Shown here: positions 35,815-44,007 of the stretch, one piece after another | Layout of the letters: each line of letters starts with the position of its first letter | Position numbering within the stretch: position 1 is the first letter of the stretch | Source: Betaproteobacteria bacterium | Lineage (GTDB): Bacteria > Pseudomonadota > Gammaproteobacteria > Burkholderiales > SG8-39 | Length of the DNA: 64,000 bases | Reading direction: 5' to 3' | NCBI GenBank assembly: GCA_009693235.1 | Contig: SHXR01000009.1 | Span: 2,195-66,194, forward strand | Notes under the pieces: generated by a model | What the model saw: the letters and a program-made list of their open reading frames with translations, nothing else | What the model was told of the DNA's origin: nothing | The model's database searches: none | Position numbers and translations under genes: made by a program

Positions 35815-36795
35815 ATGAATAAACCCGTGGAGTTTTCGCTCGACGACCTGCGTGGCGCGCCGGATCTCGAAGCCCTCAAGGCGCGCATTGAATCGAAGAA
35901 CCTGACGCCCGGATGGATTCCCCGTAAGGAGCCACCGCTTTGGCATGAGCCGAGGTCCGAATACTCGACGATGCACTGGAAGTGGTCCGATGCGAAGGCA
36001 GGCATGGACGGCGCGGCGCGATTGATCGGTACCGATCTCGCTGAGCGGCGTAACCTGATCATGAGTAATCCGACCGGTGACAACGAGATCTCCTCGACGC
36101 GCACGCTGATCAGCGCGTATCAAACGATTCTGCCGGGCGAGATTGCACGCACGCATCGGCATGCGCCGCATGCGTTCCGCGTCATTCTCGATTCAAAGGG
36201 CGCGTGGTCATGCGTGGATGGCGACAAGCATCCGATGGAAACCGGCGACATCGTGCTCACTCCAGGCGGCAGTTGGCATGGGCACGGTCACGATGGCACG
36301 GAGCAGTCGTATTGGTTCGATGGCTTGGATGTGCCGCTGGTGCATCTGCTGGAGCCGATGTCCGCCGAGGATCATCCGCTCGTCTACGAACCGATCAAAC
36401 GCGTCACGCCGGATTCGCCCTATCGGTTCACCTGGGAATGGCAGCAGGGGCAACTCGATGCTGCGAAAGATGATCCGGAAGGATTCTTCGGCCGTCGCAT
36501 CGCGATCGATACATCGACCATGCCCACCATCGGCATAAATGTGCATCGCTGGAAGGCGGGTTTCCAGTCGCGACCACAGCGCTCCACCGCCCATCAGATC
36601 TTCTTGGTCATGCAGGGCAGCGGGACGACTCTGGTCGATGGCGAGCCGATCGACTGGGGTTTCGGCGATACCTTTGCCATTCCGATCTGGAAGCGCATCG
36701 AGCATCGCGCCAAGGACGACGCTGTGGTCATGGGCATGACCGACGAACCGCTGATGCGTTTCTGCAAATACTGGAAATTCGAAGCGCTGAACTAG
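35815..36795 (+). CDS. gentisate 1,2-dioxygenase-like bicupin dioxygenase
   Basis: Contains NLTPGW...PPLW...MHWKW...ARTHRHAPHAFRVILDSKG...GDIVLTPGGSWHGHGH, a family pattern I recognise from gentisate/1-hydroxy-2-naphthoate dioxygenases. Confidence 0.75.
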   Translation: MNKPVEFSLDDLRGAPDLEALKARIESKNLTPGWIPRKEPPLWHEPRSEYSTMHWKWSDAKAGMDGAARLIGTDLAERRNLIMSNPTGDNEISSTRTLISAYQTILPGEIARTHRHAPHAFRVILDSKGAWSCVDGDKHPMETGDIVLTPGGSWHGHGHDGTEQSYWFDGLDVPLVHLLEPMSAEDHPLVYEPIKRVTPDSPYRFTWEWQQGQLDAAKDDPEGFFGRRIAIDTSTMPTIGINVHRWKAGFQSRPQRSTAHQIFLVMQGSGTTLVDGEPIDWGFGDTFAIPIWKRIEHRAKDDAVVMGMTDEPLMRFCKYWKFEALN

Positions 36796-36821
36796 GGATC
36801 AATTCCCTCATGAATCTGGGT

Positions 36822-36862
36822 GCGCTGATTGCAGAAGGTCGCTTGATCAGCGCTTCCCTAGG
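36822..36862 (+). repeat. hairpin element copy 1: GCGCTGAT-N16-ATCAGCGC followed by TTCCCTAGG
   Basis: Read directly. Related copy at 37798-37838; the right half matches in 23 of 25 positions. Confidence 0.8.
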
Positions 36863-36884
36863 CGATCGCAAGACGGGGAGCGCA

Positions 36885-36917
36885 ATCGGGCCGGTTCTCC
36901 ACCGGCCCGATGTTATT
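36885..36917 (+). terminator. candidate intrinsic terminator between convergent genes
   Basis: ATCGGGCCGG-TTCTCCA-CCGGCCCGAT is a perfect 10-bp stem, followed by GTTATTT on the plus strand. Confidence 0.55.
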
Positions 36918-37716
36918 TGACTGCCGTTGCAATAAACGCCGCGATTTTTTCGTTCACCCAGCCGGGTGCGTCGATTTGCGTGAAATGCCCCACCGTGGAA
37001 ATCGTTTCAATCTGCGCATGCGGAGTCGACACCCGCAACTGATCGAGCAATGGCGCAGGGAGTCCGGGCGCCATCGGTACCCGCTTGCCTTCCGCATTCA
37101 GCGTGGTGCTCTGCACCGCAAGGAGCGGCTGTTTGGTGGTAGCGAGCACGCGATCCAAATTCTTCGCATCCCATGCCGGTGTGCGTGGAAACAACGCGGT
37201 GCCGATGGCCGTTGGCATCTTGGCGGCACGATCGATGATGGGCTGCTTGATGGCGATCGGCGTGCCCGGCACGAACATCTGCTCGAACATGCCCGCCGCG
37301 AACGTGGCAAAGCCGACTGCTTCGACTTTTGCACGCATCGAACGCTCCAGCGTTTCCGGGTCACCGGAACCGAGTTTGCTGCCATCGACCAGCACGATGC
37401 CGCTGACACGTTTTGGTATCACCTGGGCCGCTTGCAACACCACACGGCAACCGAGACTATGACCCACCAACACAACGTTGTTAAGACCGAGTTCCTCCAC
37501 CAACGCGGCAACGTCCGCACCGAACGTGTCGATCGAGCAAGTCTCAGGTGTCCCCGGCGTTTTGCCGTGGCCGCGCAGGTCGCAGGCGATCACACGATGC
37601 TTCGGTGCAAAGGCGGCGAGCTGTGCTTCCCAATCGGTATGGTCGCAAGTGAAGCCGTGAACGAACACGATGGGTGGGGTGCCGGCGCCCCGTTGAACGT
37701 AGTGCATGACTGACAT
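36913..37716 (-). CDS. alpha/beta hydrolase
   Basis: Contains PPIVFVHGFTCDH...VVLVGHSLGCRV (GxSxG)...STVGHF. Start chosen at MSVMHYVQRG. Confidence 0.85.
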   Translation of the reverse strand: MSVMHYVQRGAGTPPIVFVHGFTCDHTDWEAQLAAFAPKHRVIACDLRGHGKTPGTPETCSIDTFGADVAALVEELGLNNVVLVGHSLGCRVVLQAAQVIPKRVSGIVLVDGSKLGSGDPETLERSMRAKVEAVGFATFAAGMFEQMFVPGTPIAIKQPIIDRAAKMPTAIGTALFPRTPAWDAKNLDRVLATTKQPLLAVQSTTLNAEGKRVPMAPGLPAPLLDQLRVSTPHAQIETISTVGHFTQIDAPGWVNEKIAAFIATAVK

Positions 37717-37797
37717 AGCGTCGATTCCATCCGAAGAGGACCGGGGAATCACTCAACAAGGGGGTTCGCCCCTTCGCAACTCCCCGAATATTTGAGC

Positions 37798-37838
37798 ACG
37801 CTGATTACGCGGCATAGCTTAATCAGCGTTTCCCTAGG
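37798..37838 (+). repeat. hairpin element copy 2: ACGCTGATTA-N12-TAATCAGCGT followed by TTCCCTAGG
   Basis: Read directly. Same orientation as copy 1, on the other side of the hydrolase gene. Confidence 0.8.
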
Positions 37839-37924
37839 TATTGTGCCCGGTATTGGCGGTTCCGACGTGGCGGCGGCAACTCGGTCTATAGTCAGCGTCT
37901 GGCGTTACACGGCAAGTAGGTCCC

Positions 37925-39164
37925 ATGAGCGAACGATTCACAGTGTTGGGCGCAGGCATCATCGGTGTTTGTACCGCGCTCGCATTGCAACGCGATGGTC
38001 ATCAGGTCACCATCATCGATCGGAATGAACCGGGGACCGGCTGCTCGTTCGGCAACGCCGGGATCATCCATACCGGCGGTTGCATACCCATGGCGACACC
38101 GGGCATCCTAAAGCGGGTGCCGAAGATGCTGCTCGATCCGGAGGGGGCGTTGGTGATCCGGTGGCGTTATCTGCCGCGCCTCTTGCCATGGCTGTTCAAG
38201 ATGCTCGCCGCGGCGCGTCCAACACGGGTCGAGGAGATCTGCCGGGCGCTGGCGCATCTTTCGTTGCAAGCCCGGAGTGCCTATCTGCCATTGCTCAGCG
38301 AGGCCGGCGCCAGTGCACTGCTTCGTCCGCGTGGCGAGCTCTATGTGTATCGAACCAAGGAAGCCTTTGATGCTGAGGCGTGGTCGATGCAAGTACGTCG
38401 CGGGTTCGGTATTCCGGTGGAAGATCTGGATGCCAACGCGATCCGTGATCTCAAACCGGCGCTCTCGCCCAATTATCAGTTCGCGCATTACCAGCCCCAG
38501 CGCCTATATGGTGAGTCCGTTTAAGCTGGTGCAAAGCCTGGCCGCGCTATTTGTACAAAAGGGTGGCGTCATCCAACGGGCGCATGTTGAGCAGCTGCGG
38601 CCGGGTCATGACGGCGCGGCCATCCTCAATACCTCGGCCGGAGCCGTGCGGGCGGAGCATCTCGTCATTTGCGCGGGCGCGTTTTCCAAACCGTTTGCCG
38701 CCGCATTCGGAATCGATGTGCCGCTTGAGTCGTGGCGGGGCTATCACATCATGGTGCCGTCGGCCGGCGTTCCATTGAACGGCGTCGTTGCCGATGGTGA
38801 GATGCATTTTGCAGTGACTCCGATGGAAGACGGCGTGCGCGTGGCGGGCTTGATTGAGCTGGCTGGCGTCGATGCACCGCCCAACTATGCGCGGGCGGAT
38901 TTATTTGTGCGGCTGGCGAAATGCTTGATCCCGACCTTTCCGGATACGCCTGCGAGTCGTTGGATGGGACATCGACCAGGCATGCCCGATACGCTTCCGG
39001 TGCTCGGGCGGGCGGCCGGACATCCGAAGGTGTATTTCGCGTTTGGGCACGGCCAGTTCGGCTTGACGTTCGGCGCGGTGACGGGCGCCGCCATTGCCGA
39101 TCTGGTGGCCGGGCGTACGGCGCCGAGCGCCTTGGCCGCCTATGATGCGCTGCGATTTCAATGA
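37925..39164 (+). pseudogene. FAD-dependent oxidoreductase (D-amino-acid dehydrogenase/DadA-like), split by a +1 frame change near 38490-38500
   Basis: The N-terminal piece (37925..38524) has FTVLGAGIIGVCTALAL...GNAG. The C-terminal piece (frame of 38277..39164) has MVSPFKLVQSLA...VICAGAFS...MGHRPGMPDTLPVLG...FGHGQFGLT. The two frames overlap around CAGCCCCAGCGCC. Confidence 0.8.
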
Positions 39165-39646
39165 TTAAATGGATCGTCATTGCGATCGTAGCGGCGGCGA
39201 TTCTGCTGGTCATCGCCGGTCAATTGGGCTTTTATCGGGGGAGCGCTCCGCTCGATCTTGGCGTGACGGACGGCAAGCTCAAACCACCGTCCGGAACGAC
39301 CAACAGCGTGTCCAGCCAAGCGGGCCTCTACGCCGATCATCCGATGCGGGAGGCGGCGTCGGTAGCGCCGATCAGGTACGCGGGAGACGGTGCTGCCGCG
39401 CTGGCGCGCTTACGCGCCGTGGTGGAAGCGATGGATAGGGCGAAAATCGTCCGTTCGGAGCCGCTTTACCTGCATGCCGAATTCACCTCGAAGTGGTTCA
39501 AGTTTGTCGACGATGTCGAGTTTCTCGTCGATGAGAGCGCAGGCGTCATGCACGTCCGGGCGGCCGCGCGCCTGGGACAGAAGGATTTTGGGGTCAACCG
39601 TGCGCGGGTCGAGATGATTCGAGCGCGTTTTTGGGGGGGCAGCTGA
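39161..39646 (+). CDS. DUF1499 domain protein (N-terminal membrane anchor)
   Basis: Contains MIKWIVIAIVAAAILLVIAG then ...NSVSSQA...LYLHAEFTSKWFKFVDDVEF...GQKDFGVNRARVE. ATGA overlap with the dadA-like frame. Confidence 0.7.
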   Translation: MIKWIVIAIVAAAILLVIAGQLGFYRGSAPLDLGVTDGKLKPPSGTTNSVSSQAGLYADHPMREAASVAPIRYAGDGAAALARLRAVVEAMDRAKIVRSEPLYLHAEFTSKWFKFVDDVEFLVDESAGVMHVRAAARLGQKDFGVNRARVEMIRARFWGGS

Positions 39647-39845
39647 TCGCCCATGCCAATGCGGCGTACCGGAGGTGAACTGTGCAAGACGGGTGAGGCG
39701 GGTCGCGGTGAGGAAGGGCTAAGGCAGTACCACGACCCGGGGCAGTGCGCTAGCGTGACGGGTTCAACATCGGGTCGGTGCGAATTGACACCGCTACAGA
39801 CCCTCGCAGGCTAGCCGCCCGAAACTGAGAGAACGGTCAGATCTC

Positions 39846-40073
39846 TCAGGAAAAAACCACTTGATCGCGAGAATCCGTATCGCCTTCAAGTTCATCGGAA
39901 GCTTTGATCGGATTGCGATGCCCACGCGATGGGCCGTAGCGGCCAACCCGGGCGATGACTTCGCGGCGGGCTTCTTCATCAACAAGCAGTCGGAATGGCT
40001 CACGCGTACCTGGCAGACGAATTTCTACGCCATCCTCAACCGTCACCTGCATAAAGCGATCGTAGGGCCCCAT
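39846..40073 (-). CDS. hypothetical small protein (75 aa)
   Basis: AGGAGA RBS 6 nt upstream of the ATG. No recognisable domain. A hairpin CTGAGAGA-N9-TCTCTCAG (39825-39849) overlaps its stop codon. Confidence 0.45.
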   Translation of the reverse strand: MGPYDRFMQVTVEDGVEIRLPGTREPFRLLVDEEARREVIARVGRYGPSRGHRNPIKASDELEGDTDSRDQVVFS

Positions 40074-40264
40074 TTTTTCTCCTGTCGGCAGATTTGTGTT
40101 TGGTCTTCTGGTGTCAATCGTCCAACACATCCCTTGTTATTGACGGGCATTTCTTCACGAACTTGATGTTAGAACCTCGACAGGCTGATCAGTTCCGAGA
40201 AATATGTCCGGTATTTGACGATTTTTGATGCGGGCTATATTGATGACACATTTTGGAGGGCGCG

Positions 40265-41284
40265 ATGTTCGAAACAACGATTGCCGGGAGCCTGCCAAAG
40301 CCGTCATGGCTGGCGGAGCCGAACAAACTGTGGGCGCCTTGGCAGCTGGCGGCAGACGAGCTTGCTCACGGTAAGGCCGATGCGACGCTGGTCTGGGTGA
40401 AAGAACAGGAATTGGCGGGGATCGACATCGTGACCGATGGCGAGCAGTCCCGGCAGCACTTCGTTCACGGCTTTCTAGAACAGGTCGACGGCATCGATTT
40501 TGCGAACAAAGTGAAGATGGGTATTCGCAATAATCGCTATGACGCCATGGTGCCCACCGTGGTGGGGCCACTTCGCCTAAAGGGGAGAGTCCATCAGACC
40601 GAAGCCCGCCTGGCGCGCGCCGCGACCAGGCAGCGCCTGAAGTTCACCCTTCCTGGGCCCATGACGATCGTCGATACGATCGCCGACCGGTACTACGGCG
40701 ACAAGGTCGCGATGGCCATGGCCTTTGCACGGGTTCTCAATGAGGAGGCGCTCGCCCTCCAACGGGACGGCGTCGATGTGATCCAGTTCGATGAGCCGGC
40801 GTTTAATGTCTATATGAGTGAAGTGGCGGGCTGGGGCATCGACGCGCTGCACCGCTGCATAGCGGGTCTCACCTGCACGACGGCGGTCCATATTTGCTAC
40901 GGCTATGGCATTGCGGCCAATGTTGCATGGAAAAAGACGCTGGGCGGGGAGTGGCGGCAATATGAAGAAATCTTCCCGGCCCTCAATGCCAGCCGCATTG
41001 GGCAGGTTTCACTGGAATGCGTTGCCTCGCGCGTGCCGCTCGATCTGCTGCGACTGCTGCCCGACAAGACGGTGCAGGCCGGCGTGATCGATGTCGCGAA
41101 CAATGCCATTGAGTCCGCGGCATCGGTCGCCGACACGATCGGCCGGCTTCTTGACTATATACCGAAGGCAAGGCTCATCGCTTCGACGAACTGCGGTATG
41201 GCACCGATGCCACGCGAGATTGCGCTCGCCAAGCTACAAGCGTTAGGGAAAGGTGCGCGCCTTGCTCGCGAGCGATATGTCTGA
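40265..41284 (+). CDS. MetE C-terminal-domain-like Zn alkyltransferase, short form (second, divergent copy)
   Basis: Contains TTIAGSLPKPSWL, VTDGEQSRQHF, HICYGYG (His-x-Cys) and TNCGM. GGAGGG RBS. Confidence 0.8.
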   Translation: MFETTIAGSLPKPSWLAEPNKLWAPWQLAADELAHGKADATLVWVKEQELAGIDIVTDGEQSRQHFVHGFLEQVDGIDFANKVKMGIRNNRYDAMVPTVVGPLRLKGRVHQTEARLARAATRQRLKFTLPGPMTIVDTIADRYYGDKVAMAMAFARVLNEEALALQRDGVDVIQFDEPAFNVYMSEVAGWGIDALHRCIAGLTCTTAVHICYGYGIAANVAWKKTLGGEWRQYEEIFPALNASRIGQVSLECVASRVPLDLLRLLPDKTVQAGVIDVANNAIESAASVADTIGRLLDYIPKARLIASTNCGMAPMPREIALAKLQALGKGARLARERYV

Positions 41285-41295
41285 GGGCAGACACG

Positions 41296-42630
41296 TCAGT
41301 GCCGTAGCACGCACTTGTCATAGAGATTGCCGAACCGGCGGTCCGGATCGTATTTCGACTTGAGTTGCTGATAGGACCTGCCACCGTAGGCCGCGGCAAA
41401 TTCATCGCTTGTGAAATAGCTGTCCGAGTAGAGCGATTTGATGCCGCCCAGTGCGGTGACGCGATGCTCGATCAGACGATTGAAGTGGCCGGACGGAAAA
41501 GGGGCCTTGGTGCGTTTCACGTCCCAGAAGCCGAAATTGACGTAAAGCTGGTTGTGGTCCATCGGATAGAGATCAAAGTCGGGGGAATTAGGCGGCACGC
41601 CGATTGGGCAGATCCAGATCGGGCGGATATCGATTTCCTGCAGATGGAAGTCGAGGTAGGCCACCGCCGCGGCAATCGGGACGTCGATATCCTGGATGAT
41701 CGATTCACTATGGAGACCACGAAGTCTTGCGATGGCTTGCGTCAATCCAAGTTGGGCGTTCCATCGCATGATCTTGGTGTAGGTGCGGGAATTGAGGCGC
41801 TTGCGGCCGTAGAGCTTGCGTAGCCATGGCACTTCCGCGAAGACGTTCTTGGAGCACCAGAACCAATCGGTATCCCAACGCCACAGGTAATCGCGCACCG
41901 TCATGTAATCGAGCGGTTTCTCGCGGATCGAGCGATAGAAAATATTTTCGTATGTGTAGTCGCTGGTGGCAGGCGCCGATGCGGTGAAGCAAGCCGTATT
42001 GACGAACATTTCCGTCGCACTAAACACCACCCCATCGACAAAGTCTGCAGCGCTTGCGCAGGCGCGCTCAATCGCTGCGAAAAACGCCTGGGGCTCGGTA
42101 AAACGCTCGCGCACAATTTTCACATAGGGCTTTACCGGAATCGTGCGGGCCCGCACCCGCAATGCGTAGCCAAGGGTGCCGTAGGAATTCGGAAAGCCGC
42201 GCAAGAGATCTTGATGCTCGTTTTCCGCGGTGCAGTAAACGACGCGTCCGCCCGGTAGCAGCACGTCAAGCTCCAGAACGCTCGCATGCACCAGACCATG
42301 ACGAAACGAGGTGGCTTCAATCCCCACTCCCGCTACCGCGCCGCCGATCGTAGTCGACTTCAATTGCGGCACGACGGCAGGCATCACGCCGTGCGGGAGG
42401 GTGGCATCGGCGAGCGCCTCATAGGTCACCATGCCTTCTGTGTCGACCCAATCGTCTCGCACCGCAATGACGTGATTGAACGCGCCGACATCGAGGCGAT
42501 GCCGATCGATCTTTCTGCGATCGCGAAATAAATTGGAGGTCGGTTTGCGCAGCCCAACGGTCGCCCCAGCTAAATCGGCGCGGGCGATGGCCTGCTGCAG
42601 CATGGCGACGCGCGCCTCATGCGGGCTCAT
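41296..42630 (-). CDS. FAD-binding oxidoreductase (PCMH/FAD_binding_4 type, DHCR24/DWF1-like)
   Basis: Contains VAVRDDWVDTEGMVTYEAL...PQLKSTTIGGAVAGVGIEATSFRHG...RGFPNSYGTLGY. Its start overlaps the upstream cfa-like gene by 14 nt. Confidence 0.8.
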   Translation of the reverse strand: MSPHEARVAMLQQAIARADLAGATVGLRKPTSNLFRDRRKIDRHRLDVGAFNHVIAVRDDWVDTEGMVTYEALADATLPHGVMPAVVPQLKSTTIGGAVAGVGIEATSFRHGLVHASVLELDVLLPGGRVVYCTAENEHQDLLRGFPNSYGTLGYALRVRARTIPVKPYVKIVRERFTEPQAFFAAIERACASAADFVDGVVFSATEMFVNTACFTASAPATSDYTYENIFYRSIREKPLDYMTVRDYLWRWDTDWFWCSKNVFAEVPWLRKLYGRKRLNSRTYTKIMRWNAQLGLTQAIARLRGLHSESIIQDIDVPIAAAVAYLDFHLQEIDIRPIWICPIGVPPNSPDFDLYPMDHNQLYVNFGFWDVKRTKAPFPSGHFNRLIEHRVTALGGIKSLYSDSYFTSDEFAAAYGGRSYQQLKSKYDPDRRFGNLYDKCVLRH

Positions 42631-43878
42631 GCAGGCGCTCCGCGGACCGGGTCGCAGCAGGTGCAGCGTGGGGCTCGTAGAGGAACGCCCGACTCATTGG
42701 ATAGGTGGAAGGCGTAATCTGTCCTTTGCTGAAGGTGATCTGAAACAAATGCGTAATGCCGTTCGACGCGCGAAACATCTCCGCGCAGCCCCGCAAATAC
42801 GTGCGCCAGACGCGATAGAACCGTTCATTGAATCGCTTGGGATCAAGCGTTTGAATGGTTGGCCAATTGCGTTCGAATCGGCGGGCCCAATGTTCCAACG
42901 TAAGCACGTAGTGTCGTCGCAGGTTTTCGATATCGACGACCTGCAGCCCATGGCGGTCCATGGATTCGAGCACTTCAGAGAGGGCAGGAATCCAGCCACC
43001 TGGAAAAACATGGCGACGAATGAAAAATTCGGTCGGATGCGTGCCCGTATGGCCGATGAAATGCAGCATGCCAAGGCCCTCGCCTTGAGCGAATCGGCAT
43101 GGGCCCGCACGACTTCATCGATTTGATCGCGCCCGGCATGCTCCAGCACACCGATCGACACCACCTTGTCGAATTGGCCGATGACCTCGCGAAAATCGGC
43201 ATCGACCACCCGCAGGCGTTCCCGTAGCGGTGACTTGGCGATGCCTTCAGCGACATCCTGCACCTGTTCGGTGGTTATGTTGGTGCCGGTTACTTGGACG
43301 CCGTGACGTTCGGCTGCGTGGAACATGAAGCCCCCAAAGCCGCAGCCGATGTCGACGACCGTCTCACCTGGCTTGAGACGCACTTTCCGGCAAACGTGTT
43401 CCACCTTGTTGCGCTGCGCCTCCTCCAGCGTTGTGGTCCCTTCCTTCCAGTAGCCGCAGGTGTACATCATCAGCGGGTCGTCTAACCACTGGTGATAGAA
43501 GGCGTGGCCAAGCGCATAGTGGAAGCGCGCGTTCTGTTTGGCGATGGTGCGATCGGCATTCGAAAAGCGGAACTCGTGCCATCGGTTGCGGATGTCGACG
43601 AGTGAGTTGGGCGTATCGAACGCCGACTCCAGGCCGAGGCGAAACACCGCAGTGAGATCGCCGTCGATCTCAAGCGCCTCGTCAAAGTAAGCTTCGAGGA
43701 GGCCGATGTGCCCGTAGAGTGCCGTGCGCCAGTGCGATTGGCGGGTTTTGAAGCGGATATCAAACTGGTTGGGCGGCAGCCCTGACTGATACCGCGTCCC
43801 GTCCGCGTAGGAGACCGAGAAGGAAATCGGCGAGCGTGCGCCGATGGCCATGAATCGCGCAGTCACCGCGGCTTTCAT
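42617..43878 (-). pseudogene. cyclopropane-fatty-acyl-phospholipid synthase-family SAM methyltransferase, needs a -1 frame change near 43075
   Basis: The N-terminal two thirds (frame of 42694..43878) has HYALGHAFYHQWLDDPLMMYTCGYW...VVDIGCGFGGF...SIGVLEHAG...ADSLK. The C-terminal third (42617..43069) has MLHFIGH...FIRRHVFPGGWIP...HYVLTLEHW. Confidence 0.8.
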
Positions 43879-44007
43879 CTACAACCTCCAATGGAGCCCT
43901 GGGAGTCCAAAGTATAGCCAAGCGGCGCAGCACCGCGCACAATTGCAACGTGTATGGTGCGGCGAGCCGTCCGCTAATCGGTGATTCAACAGCAGGAGTC
44001 AATAACG

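Noticed and set aside
36822-37838. Hairpin elements flanking the hydrolase gene as integron attC sites (gene cassette)
   Set aside because: No RYYYAAC / GTTRRRY core sites are present at the element ends. There is no intI or attI nearby, and the hairpins are much shorter than typical attC sites. I kept this as a generic repeated-element finding instead.
38485-38505. Programmed frameshifting in the dadA-like and cfa-like genes (also 43065-43085)
   Set aside because: At neither site is there a slippery X-XXY-YYZ heptamer, a shifty stop or a stimulatory structure. Both are treated as indels, either real or from sequencing.
39647-39845. tRNA or other known structured RNA in the 199-bp gap
   Set aside because: GGGTTCAACATCGGGTC resembles a T-arm superficially. 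However, no acceptor stem, D-arm or anticodon arm can be drawn around it.
40074-40264. Cobalamin or SAM riboswitch upstream of the MetE-like genes (also 11168-11289)
   Set aside because: The regions are only about 120-190 nt and are AT-rich or repeat-containing. They lack a B12-box-like GCCACTG core or any conserved riboswitch helices I can recognise.
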